Shown here one piece after another: positions 9,999-20,445 of a DNA stretch of 64,000 nucleotides. The translations under genes and the position numbers were made by a program. The DNA is from Bigelowiella natans CCMP2755. Lineage: Eukaryota > Protista > Cercozoa. The stretch is taken from assembly GCA_000320545.1 (NCBI GenBank), contig ADNK01001576.1, positions 1 to 64,000 on the forward strand, written 5' to 3'. Below the pieces are notes generated by a model. It worked only from the letters and a program-made list of their open reading frames with translations, was not told where the DNA came from and ran no database searches. How positions within the stretch are numbered: the first letter of the stretch is position 1; each line of letters begins with the position of its first letter.

Positions 9999-10688
9999 AT
10001 GGCAACTGAAGAAGTTAGTGAAGGAAAAGAGAGTGAGGTAGACGGACCGGTGAGTTTCCGAATCCCGAAGGTCTGCTATCAGAGCTGGAGAGAGATACCG
10101 CCCCAAAATGCGCATATCCGAGACGCGATGCGCCTTTCGAGGAACAGAAACCCAGGGATCGACTTCCGCGTCTTCACCGATACGGAGATGGACAGCTTTG
10201 TCGAGAAATGGGGAACTGAGAGGCACGTTAGGGCTTACCGCTCAATTCACCCGATGCACATGGCCGCAAGATCGGATTTCTTCCGCTACCTCGCGCTATG
10301 GACGCACGGGGGTTTATGGCTCGATATCAAATCGATCCTCACTCGCGACGTCTTTGCTGGAGGTTTCATCAGACCGGACGACGCCTGTATCCTTGACGCG
10401 CCGAACGTGATCGAACCATACCGCAAGCACCTCGGCTACCCAGTCCGTGAGCAATGGTTCCTTGCATCTGAGCGCAGCCATCCTTACTTTGGGATGGCGC
10501 TTGAACGGATCTGCCGCGATATGCTCGACCCAAAATCCGGGTACAACGAGTATTTCCAGGAATCACTGAGCGGACCGAGCAAGCAGGTGATTCTCCGGAT
10601 GACTGGCCCGGACTGCCTGGCCGTAGCGATCCACGACGCGATAATCAAGCACGGCGTTCTCCACAGGACGGTCCGTTACCACGACTAA
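9999..10688 (+). CDS. Glycosyltransferase family 32 (OCH1-like sugar-binding region)
   Basis: RIPKVCYQSW, NP...FTD...FV, AARSDFFRYLALWTHGGLWLDIKS, EQWFL...HP, ILRMTGP. Confidence 0.85.
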   Translation: MATEEVSEGKESEVDGPVSFRIPKVCYQSWREIPPQNAHIRDAMRLSRNRNPGIDFRVFTDTEMDSFVEKWGTERHVRAYRSIHPMHMAARSDFFRYLALWTHGGLWLDIKSILTRDVFAGGFIRPDDACILDAPNVIEPYRKHLGYPVREQWFLASERSHPYFGMALERICRDMLDPKSGYNEYFQESLSGPSKQVILRMTGPDCLAVAIHDAIIKHGVLHRTVRYHD

Positions 10689-10848
10689 TTTCTTCGGTTT
10701 GCGGCAATCGATCCATACTCTTTTCCTTTACACAAGGAGGGGTATTCTGGTGACCAGGGAAACGAGGAAGGCGTCGTTAGAACCGGTAACCGAACGAACG
10801 AGACGGTCCAAAAAAATGTGTCTCTTGAAGAAAGCAAAGGGGAGAGAC

Positions 10849-11484
10849 ATGTTGCAGTATAAAAGAAGGTCGACGTTGCAGAACGGCGGGCGCCCACAGG
10901 CTGGCGTCTTCCGCCAAGGTCCTACTTCTACGACAACCACAGTTTCCGTGAAAACCAGTCCGGCAGTACAGCCAGACTTTGTTCTATACGTTCAACCTCG
11001 TTGTAAAAAGTCGCAGAGTCTTGTCGGAATTGTCGAATCTTCGGGTATTCGTCCACCTCTAATCATGATCCAAGATGTTAGAATTCTCTCCGTTCTACCG
11101 GAGTGGCTTCATACTACTCCGGTATGCGCCGACGCGCGCCTAGGGCTTATTTACAAGGGCGATGACGCGGTGACCGTCGTCGAAAGGCTGTGTAGAATGA
11201 AACAAGATCCAGACCAGAGGATGGAAGCTTCTTCTCTTCCCTTGGTTTCGGAAAATCAGGGCCAAGATGCCTTGGGTTCTACTACACATCAACCCCACAG
11301 AACGGCTGTAGACCGGAAGAAAGGCGTAATGGATGAACTTTTTACGTTGGAAGAGGAACCTGTAAGCGGAAGAACCCCACAAAGGGCTACGCGCGGTACT
11401 GGCAAGCTGTCAGAAATGGATTTGCAAGAATACCAGACTCTTCGGGAAAGACAGGGGGTGGCTAGAAGTGGCCAGAGGGTCTAG
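10849..11484 (+). CDS. Thioredoxin-like-fold hypothetical protein resembling a conserved giant-virus family
   Basis: VLYVQPRCKKS...LPEWLHTTP...IYKGDDA, then a low-complexity region and the C-terminal DLQEYQTLRERQ. The family is recalled from pattern, not searched. Start may be 10816 or 10849. Confidence 0.55.
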   Translation: MLQYKRRSTLQNGGRPQAGVFRQGPTSTTTTVSVKTSPAVQPDFVLYVQPRCKKSQSLVGIVESSGIRPPLIMIQDVRILSVLPEWLHTTPVCADARLGLIYKGDDAVTVVERLCRMKQDPDQRMEASSLPLVSENQGQDALGSTTHQPHRTAVDRKKGVMDELFTLEEEPVSGRTPQRATRGTGKLSEMDLQEYQTLRERQGVARSGQRV

Positions 11485-11590
11485 CTATAGAAACGCATAT
11501 GGGAAATAATGGAGCGACAAATTAATTTTTTTTTTCCCTTTCTACACGACTCATAATCCTTTTTCCTTCTTTCTTTCGCTCCGCCCCTAA

Positions 11591-13015
11591 ATGTTCAATA
11601 GCCGCAAAAGGTCGCTATTAGCGGATGTGCAAAGAGACGGCTCCAGCAAGAAGAAGTCGAAGCTGAAAAAGACGGGGCGAAATGTTGGGGGTGAGATCCT
11701 TAAACTCAATAGCGAACAGGAGGCAGCTGTTCGCTACGCTCTCAAGGGCAAGAACATGTTCTTATCTGGAAGTGCAGGAAGTGGTAAGTCGTTCACCCTG
11801 AGGACGGTCATCAAAAGACTAAGAGAATCCGGGAAAATCGTCGAGGTGACCGCTACTACTGGCGTGGCAGCTGTTCAGGTCGGGGGAAGCACGATCTACA
11901 AGTGTTTCAAGATTCACCCCGTCAAGCATGTGGAGAAGAACGCGTTGCGAAAGTCGGAGACCTGGAGAAAACTTGACGTTCTCGTCATCGAGGAAGTCAG
12001 TCAGTGTACCTGCGAGTTATTCAGTTATCTTGACCGAATGGCCCGTCTTTCCCGAACGCGATCGAGCGGGGAACCATTTGGAGGTGTCCAGATCATACTA
12101 TGTGGCGACTTCTTTCAGCTTCCTCCAGTGAGGAACAAGTCCTCTGGGCCGAACGATCCGATGTATATATTCCAGACACCAGAATATCGCGCCCTCTTCA
12201 GCGAAGGCCGTGGCGTGAATATCCTCCTGACACAGATATACCGTCAAGCCGACCGGGATTTTGTTGACATGCTCGAGCGCCTAAGACGGGCACAGCTTAC
12301 ATCTGCGGATATAGACCTCATCGACGAGAACTGCATGCCCTCTGACAGTTCACCCGAGTTATGCCGGGTTGACGGAGACCCGCAGATCACTCGTACCAAA
12401 CTCTTCGTCGTCAACGCTCGCGTCGAAGAGGAGAACAAACGTAACCTGGACCGTATCGGGAAACACGCCGAGGAGCACAAGTATCCCGTGAAATTCTCTT
12501 TTGGTAAGGTCTCGGATACCAGAAAGACGGATATACGTCGGGAGTTCCTCAAAAACCAGTTCCCGGCGGACGGTAATTCCGCGCCAAAGAAGGTTCTTCT
12601 ACTCAAGACCGGCGCACAGGTCATGTTGATAGCCAACCTCGACGTCGCGAACGGGCTTGCGAACGGTTCACGCGGTGTAGTCATAGGGTTCAGGAAAGGT
12701 TACCCAGTGGTAAAGTTCCGTTGCGGGCGTGTAGCGCGCATCGCTCGCCACGTGCGACAATTACGCGACGGCGCGTCCGCTGACTTTGTTCTGCTACGCC
12801 TGGCCTACGCTCTCACCGTACATAAGTCACAGGGGCAGAGCATCGACTGGCTCGAGATCGACCTTCTCAAATGCTGGGAAGCCGGTCAGGCATACACCGC
12901 GTTCTCGCGCGCTACGAGCATGGAAGGGCTAGTGGTCCGAAATTTCACTAACCAGTGTGTAATTGCGAGCCCTCTCGTGACGGAATTCTATGACAATTTG
13001 ATGATGAGCGAATGA
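11591..13015 (+). CDS. PIF1: PIF1-family SF1B 5'-3' DNA helicase
   Basis: GSAGSGKS, TATTGVAA, LVIEEVS, FGGVQIILCGDFFQLPPV, IYRQ, GAQVMLIANL...GLANGSRG, LAYALTVHKSQG, GQAYTAFSR. Intronless, 474 aa. Confidence 0.95.
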   Translation: MFNSRKRSLLADVQRDGSSKKKSKLKKTGRNVGGEILKLNSEQEAAVRYALKGKNMFLSGSAGSGKSFTLRTVIKRLRESGKIVEVTATTGVAAVQVGGSTIYKCFKIHPVKHVEKNALRKSETWRKLDVLVIEEVSQCTCELFSYLDRMARLSRTRSSGEPFGGVQIILCGDFFQLPPVRNKSSGPNDPMYIFQTPEYRALFSEGRGVNILLTQIYRQADRDFVDMLERLRRAQLTSADIDLIDENCMPSDSSPELCRVDGDPQITRTKLFVVNARVEEENKRNLDRIGKHAEEHKYPVKFSFGKVSDTRKTDIRREFLKNQFPADGNSAPKKVLLLKTGAQVMLIANLDVANGLANGSRGVVIGFRKGYPVVKFRCGRVARIARHVRQLRDGASADFVLLRLAYALTVHKSQGQSIDWLEIDLLKCWEAGQAYTAFSRATSMEGLVVRNFTNQCVIASPLVTEFYDNLMMSE

Positions 13016-13288
13016 CTTTTGCGCGCGAGTGGGCATATAATGTTGCACACACGTGCATTCATGGGACTTGCAGGTACAGATGCGTCCAACATGCATGCCT
13101 AGATGATGCACGTGCGTAGCACTAGAGCAGGCTAGCATGAGCGCCTTCACGCTATGGCTAGCGTAGACGTAGGTGTGCGATAGATCGACACGATGCAAGC
13201 ACGAAACACAAACAGCGTGTAGATAGATGTACCGTGCCGCGCGTCAAGATGCTTCACCATCTTGACATGCTGCGGCAATTGCAACTAG

Positions 13289-13305
13289 TTAGGGTTAGGG
13301 TTAGG
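13289..13305 (+). repeat. Short interstitial telomere-type tract (TTAGGG)2TTAGG
   Basis: ttagggttagggttagg read directly, about 270 bp after the PIF1 stop. Confidence 0.7.
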
Positions 13306-13630
13306 ATCATACTAGCTAGACACATGCATTTATTTTGCATTTGCAATCCAACGATGAGACCACGCACACACTACGTACCTACGCGCCAGAGCCGTGCTAA
13401 CGTGCGGATGCAACATGCATGCAAACAATGCAGCAACGTGCGACACGGTGCGCAATGACGAGATGGCGAAGAGGGTGCATAGTATACGAGTTGAGGCAAG
13501 CTAGGTGCTTGCAGTAGGAGGCACGCAATGCGTTGTGCATGCGATCAAGTTTCGCTGTTCGACTGTGTGTGATACTTATCATATTCTACAATTCAAGCGA
13601 CAATTACTATAGCTGCCTAAGTCCAAGCCG

Positions 13631-15463
13631 TTACGACGCACATTGCGCTGAGCTGCGCGATCCTCACTGGTGAGAGATACATCGTGCTGTTCCTTGACAT
13701 ACACTTTCCCTGACGAATCTGGAGTTCGTGGCAGTCTTTCTAATCCTCAAAAGAGACTGGTACATTCAGTGCTTCAAACAGATGGGGTTGCTTCTTCGTA
13801 AGGAGGTCCATCGATGTCTGTAGTACGACAGCGGGCGATAAGGTAGGGTAGAGCAGATAGAATAAATTTTAAAAACAAATATTTAAGCACTCTTCAATGA
13901 AGTTATGGTGCTGAAACAATAGAAGAAAAATGAACGCAGTGAAATCACTAAAAGATGCTGTAATTACATGGGCTTTCTTCTTAAGCATGGACCACGACTC
14001 CTTATTGTCAGTGAGCCGCATATTGAAAGCTCCTGGATTCGACTGGTATATGTGGCCAAGACTTCGGAGACTTTTGGAAGATGCCCCCCCGGGTATGAGT
14101 CGCTTTATTTTTCTATTCTTCTTAACCAAATTAGATGTGATCCCGCCTTCTCTTTGCTGCCTTTTGAACCTTTCAAATGCGGTGGTTATTTAGCAGAGGC
14201 TAGAAAAGCGACGGAGAGAGTAGAAATGCTTGTTTATCCCAAATTTCCCCTTTATACCCCCCTCTGGCTCTCCCAAGCTCTTTTTAGAGTACCGGAATAA
14301 TAATGGATCATCTGCAGATTTGCTCACATTTAGACCGTGCGAATGATGCCCGAGGTCACGAAACCGCTGTATGGGCTCTACCATCCTACGAGGACCTCTT
14401 CTTTTCTGCCTAGTAGCGCCTACGTATTTCGGAGAAACAGAGACCATTACTGGAAGATTCCTCAGGGCTCGGGCTCGCTCTTGTCTGCGCCCTGTCCTGA
14501 TTTTTTCCGCGGCTACTTCTTTATTTACGTTCGTCCTCAGCGTCGAGTTGGCGGTGGAGCTGCTCGGCGCCCGGACCTGTTAAAGTTTGGGTCGCAAAGC
14601 GGCAATGTACATTCATCTCAAGGATGCGGTGCAGCGTGATCGTATTCGAGGGGGACGAATTTAAGGATAGCGAACATGAGTACTGGTTTTCGCTGTGGGG
14701 AAAAACAGTAAATTGCCTAAACACAAGTTGCTTCCCCTTTTAATTTCCCACCCCATCCTCAATTTTCTAATGTGAAATACACACTTCGTAGATACCTCGT
14801 TGGGTTCAGAGTGTGATATCCTCATCACCTCCGCTGAGGATGACCCTGCCCGCGAATTTCTCTTAGAACCTGCCTCTCCATTTCTCGAACCTAAAGGAGT
14901 ATTCTTTCCTCCCAGAGATCCGCCACTTCGAGAATTTCCCATTTGGGATGATGGTGTGGGCGTTCTATGACCTGCTTCTCTTCCTCGGCCTATTCCAGAG
15001 GTGTGAGATCGTGATCCAGGCAGAGATGGGGTTCTGGTTCCCATTTTTGACTTTAGCCAGTAGTTCTCAACTTCCAGTTTTTGGATTCGTTTCCTGAGGT
15101 CATCTACAAACATATAAATGTCACAATCGGCATTTTGTTGGATTTTGGTGTGTAATCTACATATTATACTAATGAATTTACACCAAGGTCGGTCCTCGTT
15201 GCAACTTGGTCCATGCCCTTGGGGTACTTTGGGATTGCACGGTGCGGCTCCGTAGGAATATCACACGATTCCAGCTTGTCTGAGGAGCTGGTCAAGGTTG
15301 ACATCCAATGCAACTTTGTCTTTTCATTGCGTTTTTTCATCATGCATGCAGGATCTCGTCTGATCCACTGTCTTCGCATCTTCGACTCTTTCGATATCTG
15401 CTCTCTCCAGCCTTGTTCCTGAGCGATACCAAGGTCGTGGGCTCCATAGTTACTCTCTGGCAT
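13631..15463 (-). CDS. Spliced hypothetical protein (short coiled coil, Ser/Arg-rich)
   Basis: Successive minus-strand ORFs (15463-15164, 15113-14661, 14129-13869) with GT-AG-compatible breaks; DLRKRIQKLEVENYWLK. The 3' end is tentative. Confidence 0.5.
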
Positions 15464-16777
15464 GTCGTTGCTGGAAGATCAGATAGAGAAAAGGAGGTGA
15501 GGATTGGTTTCTCTAATCTATGAGTGAAGACTTTTTTCGAGCGATGAACTATTATTTCTGGCTAATTCATTAACACATCCCTAGCTTCCGTTTGGGGGTT
15601 TAAGTGTAACAAAGAACAAAATTATGGAATGTTCGTAGCATTTCCAGGATTACTATTCCTGAAACAATTCATTCAAAGGAGTCTCCCCAGACCAACCTGA
15701 TCCCGCCCCCGACAAGCCGGAAAACGACGAAAGTTTTATTCGACAATTTAAAGGGAAATAGAGGAGTATTATCCATAGCGACATAATTTTCATCTGTTTT
15801 CTGACCCATTTATGGGTCGTTTATTAATTTTCAGAGGGAAATCATAGACAAAGGCTTCATGCCGAGCACAATTCCTCGTACACATAGATAATTTGTCTTT
15901 TCTATAAAAACCCCCCTATTTTATCATAGTGACTGCTTATCCACGCTCGCTGGCATCAAATCCTGTCTTATCATTTAAATTTTATGTAGCGACAAGTAAA
16001 TTTGGAAGTCGCAAGAAACTGCTTCAAGTGGACATCGAACTTTTATTGGGAATTGTCATTGTTTTAGAACTTTCCCAATATGACGGCATGCATTTTGATC
16101 GCCAATAATCTTCTTTCTCGGCAATTATGAAGAATTTTCTGGGGATCCCATGTTTACAGAAATCTGTTAATAGGCTAGACGCAATATTTACACATAGGTT
16201 GTTTACGTCAAATATTTTTTAGCTAGAAATTTCTGAAGTTGTGCTTTTTAGAACAGGCAATTGCAGTTGGGGATTTATTGTATTCCCTATATTTTAGATA
16301 AGGATTCTTTTTTAAACATAGACAACTAATTAAGATAAGTACTTATATTATTTCCGAAAGTCCGATGGGCTCCTATTTTTATGGATAATGATGCATTTTT
16401 ATCAATTATTTACAAAAACATACTATAAATATGTAAAATATGTTATATATTTGTATACAAAAGAGGATCACATATTCCTTCTCATGAATCTAAGATTGGT
16501 ATATTTCTTTGCAATAGATGAATCTCAATATGATGGACGAAGCGCGTTATGTATCAACCCAGCCTTAGTGCATTTTTACACTCAATATTATTAAAACGTA
16601 GGTAAACCTTTTTTATAGACTTAAAAATAAAAATAATTAGTGTAAATTAAGGGGGTTTCATATCCTTATTGGAACTACCTCATCCGCTATAGGGCTGAAT
16701 CTTGCCCATTGCGTCTCAAGTTCCAAGCCTACTCCTCCCTCCTTCCCTTCTTCCCTACTCTCCACTCCATTCATATT

Positions 16778-17848
16778 ATGGACCAATTGAATCATGATAC
16801 CAATAATAGTCCACCATTCTTGCGAAAAACAAACCATTCACATCCAAAACATGGGAAGTCAGTTAGTGGCGAGAAACCAACTTACCGTTCATTCGTGATG
16901 AATAGAGGGGCAGATGAGAAGGGAATGCCGTCATCTTCGGGGATAGGTGGGCTTTCGATGCCTGGCCTCTCAGCATCGCAGAGTTTTCCGTTACCGGGAT
17001 TTGTGTCGGGTCCCACAGGACACATGGCTCATCCGCACAAGAAACCTGTGTTTCGAGATCTACCATTCATCCCCCAGGGACTCGGTGAAGTTGAGCCGAA
17101 CATGCAGAACCTTGTTGAAGAGGTGAAAGTTACTATATTAGATCTTCCCCCGTTTTACGAGAAGAGTACATCTTTCACGTGTGCAAGATCGGGGGAAGAA
17201 ATTTTTAGAATACTTGGGGATGCACTGGCTCCTTTTAACGCCGTTCCGAAGCATGATGAGGGAAGGTATAAGGGCACGGCTCGAGTACTCGGTCATTGCG
17301 TTGCGTTTCAAGTACATGTTTTTAAGAAAAGTGAGGGAGATCATGTGGTTGAGTTTCAAAGACGTAGGGGTGACCCTTGCGCGTTTTGGCATTTTTTTGC
17401 TTCAACCGTGGAAGCATTGGGGAAGGACTTGGCAGATGCTGCTGCCTTCTCTCGGTCGTTACCAGGTCGAGCACAAAGAAAGCATTTGGAACCGCCCTCT
17501 CTAGGGAAGAGTGCGGTGTCCGAGAAGACAATCGATAGTCTTAGAAAGATGGCTACAAATTCTGTCTGTTGCGGTTCCAAGCTGGACGCACTACAGACGC
17601 TAAGCCTCCTTCTGGACTCCGACAACAACTCTTCTGCTTTCGATCAGATAGGTAAACTCGCTCTAGATGCTTGCTCCTCGAAAGATGAGCTTATTTCCCA
17701 CTGCGGTAAGTCAATTCTGAACAGCATGAACCTCTCTGCGATGAAGGATCAGCCGGAGAGTCCTGTCAAGTTAGGCAACGATGAAGTCATCGGCATGTTT
17801 GCCAAACATAGTATTTCATCCTTGGAGAAGGATCTTCTCTCATATTGA
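16778..17848 (+). CDS. Intronless hypothetical protein with a KA1-like domain and helical C-terminus
   Basis: FQVHVFK...HVVEFQRRRGDPCAFWHFF matches the KA1 pattern V-E-F-x-R-x-x-G-D. First in-frame ATG at 16778. Confidence 0.65.
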   Translation: MDQLNHDTNNSPPFLRKTNHSHPKHGKSVSGEKPTYRSFVMNRGADEKGMPSSSGIGGLSMPGLSASQSFPLPGFVSGPTGHMAHPHKKPVFRDLPFIPQGLGEVEPNMQNLVEEVKVTILDLPPFYEKSTSFTCARSGEEIFRILGDALAPFNAVPKHDEGRYKGTARVLGHCVAFQVHVFKKSEGDHVVEFQRRRGDPCAFWHFFASTVEALGKDLADAAAFSRSLPGRAQRKHLEPPSLGKSAVSEKTIDSLRKMATNSVCCGSKLDALQTLSLLLDSDNNSSAFDQIGKLALDACSSKDELISHCGKSILNSMNLSAMKDQPESPVKLGNDEVIGMFAKHSISSLEKDLLSY

Positions 17849-18039
17849 GGGGTTCGTGTTTGCTTATCACTGCCTAGACTGGATGGTTGTAAGAATGTTG
17901 TGAGTGCGATGTAAAAATTCTCTTGGAATTTGGAGATAGTAGGATTGTCGATTGGATTGGAACTAAATCGAGTAAGGCTGCATGTCTTTGTGCACATGTG
18001 TCTTATTTGCCAAACTTGCAGCACTTTTGCGGCAAGCAT

Positions 18040-18800
18040 CTATACTAGTATAGGCATTCTAGCATTCTCTAGTTCTAGAGCTACCTAGCAGCTAGCTCGC
18101 TAGGCTATTTCGCCGGTGTCATTCGCTTCGTTTCGCTGCTGCTGCTGTGCGATGGTGCGCCGCCTTCGAATACATTTTCGAACTCGTTCGTAGGTCCCCA
18201 GTGCGGTCACAAGCCGATATAGCTTACTAGCTTAGCTAGTTAGGCAGTATGCACATCTAGCAGACATATCATATCTAATAACTACTTGACGCTAGCTAGC
18301 TATAGCTAGCTACCTAAGCTACTAGCGCCAGCTAGTTTAGAGTTTATATAGATTTGCAATTATGTAGGCATCGCATGCTAGCATGCTCGATCTAGTCTAG
18401 CTAGTGCTGGTACACATATTATACATATCTAGTATATATTGAGCGAGCTAGATGACTAGAAGAGATCTAGCTAGCTAGGTAGCTAGTGACAGTGCTAGAA
18501 TGCATGCATGCTCTAGCTAGCTAATAAGCTAGTGCTCTTCAGCACTAAGACTAGAGCACATACTAGTATAGCTAGATAGCTAGATGCTATTACTAGCTAG
18601 CTAGAAATAGAGCACAGCTAGATATGATAGCTAAGACAGCTAGAGATGTGTGTCAGCGGCGATATAGCGAGATTTATCAGTGCCGATGGGATTATCTTGT
18701 TATTGCTAATATCTGCCATAAACTAGATAACGTTTGAGCTTTGTCACATTACCTCTAGTAGCTATCTGTCTTGTTCTACTAGCCTAGCCCGTATGTTAAG
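18040..18800. repeat. CTAG/GCTAGC-rich low-complexity spacer (similar tracts at ~13100-13620, 33840-34500, 39900-40100, 45090-46130, 52620-53090)
   Basis: Dense gctagc/ctagctag/gcatgc words, no long ORF, lying between gene 3' ends. Confidence 0.8.
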
Positions 18801-18841
18801 TATTTTTCACACCACGTATACACAGCTCGCACAGGGTTCAG

Positions 18842-20401
18842 TTAAATGACGGCGGCGGTGGCAGCTGCAATTCCATCTTTCTTCGCTTTGGAACGAAATC
18901 ATCGTTCCTATGCAAAACAAATGGTTTATCATCGTCCTCTTCGCCGGCACCTAAGAGTTTAGCTTCACGCCTCCTATCTTCCTCTTGCTCCCTTTTGTTT
19001 TGAGCGCTTCTGTGAGATGGACAGTTGTCACCAAGTCAAGCGAAATCATTAAAGAAAGAAGGAACAATTTGTTCCAGCTATGTTGCGAAATCATGGGCAA
19101 TTTGGAGCACAATGAAATTCCAGGGTTAGATGCGTACATGTCGTATGTATATCGGACAACTGATACAAATCTGTCTTGCTACTTATTAACCGTCAAGTAT
19201 TCGGTGGACTGCTCGTTCTTGTTCTACAATATTTTCTAAGAGCAGGGCTAGCAGAACCAGTTTATGTTGTTGTTAGGATTATTTTGCACTAACTCTTCTT
19301 CGTCCCGTTTGCGCTTCTTCTCTCGTTGGAGACGTTTGTACTCCTCCGACTCGGGATTAAACAAGGGATTTAAGCATTTCTGGAGCCTCTTAAGAATCTT
19401 TAACGCGCTCTATAATGGTAGAGAGTATTGGAAGGGAAGGAAGAGGAAGATATATGCATACTAAATGCCCATAAAATATCGATTTCTCTTTGATGTAATT
19501 TGGAGCACCGAAAATGCCTTCAGAATGCAGTAAGCATATGACATCTTAATGACACGATCCTAAATGATCAATACCTGGTTAAGTTGATTCTTTGTTTCGT
19601 CCTTTCCATAGCCAACTGCAAGGTCTTCCCCCCTTTTTATCTCGACGCCAACTGCATCTATATCCGAAAACAAGAAAGAAGTTTGAACAGCGTTTGTCGA
19701 CTACATTTATACAAGCATATCATACAAGCTAAGCCAAACGGCCAATATAACATAGCTGCACTGTATACATGCTAATAAACGTTTCTCTCGGCGTAACAAC
19801 CATCACCCCCATCTCCATCCTCATCATCGTTATCATCGTTAACACCATCATCATCATCACCAAAACCTACCTAATTGTTTGAGTAGACGCCGACGCTTTT
19901 GCGGCCACGACGATGATGAAGAAGATAGCGATGAAGCAGACGATGTCGTTGCGGAAGGAGGCGAAGGGACGCACGCGTCAATGAGCGCTTCGTCATCCAA
20001 ATGCTCATCTAGCATTGAAAAGAAGAGATAGTAGTGACTTACATGAATATACAAAATATGTAGAATTAATCTCGTTGCTTTTGTCATTTTTCCCTTCAAA
20101 ATTCTTTTTTAATGAAAATCTTTGCAGAGATACCGTCAAAATCTTTGCCGTCAGCACTCCTCTCCTCCCTCATTCTTCGATTTATAATCAGGATGCAAGC
20201 CAGGCCGATCTAATGGCCGACATTAACATCATTTACTGTCTCTCGCTGCCCAAACCCACCACCGCCCCCCTGCCCCGCATTGCCAACAGCACTTTGATAA
20301 AGTAAGACTGCAAGGTAGTGCAGCCGATCGATTCTTCTAGTTGAGAAACTATATTATAATTGAACCAAAATATATACATGTATAGTACAAATATATATAT
20401 A

Positions 20402-20445
<44 letters not shown>

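Larger units (their letters stand above)
7298..13015. mobile_element. Putative endogenous giant-virus (Nucleocytoviricota-like) gene block
   Basis: Six intronless genes with gaps of 2-160 bp and A/T tracts directly before several ATGs, set among intron- and microsatellite-rich genes. Gene content (glycosyltransferases, short mitochondrial carrier, thioredoxin-like protein, PIF1) is typical of NCLDVs. No capsid, polymerase B or A32 ATPase gene is present in the window. Confidence 0.6.

Noticed and set aside
7298-13015. Bacterial contaminant or operon
   Set aside because: A mitochondrial carrier, mixed gene orientations and A-tract leaders fit a eukaryotic virus better; chimeric assembly still needs a read-level check.
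7100-13100. Terminal inverted repeats or a target-site duplication around the island
   Set aside because: None found by eye on either flank.
11591-13620. Helitron interpretation (PIF1 plus downstream CTAG)
   Set aside because: No HUH Rep domain is fused or adjacent, and CTAG is abundant in most spacers here, so it is not a diagnostic terminus.
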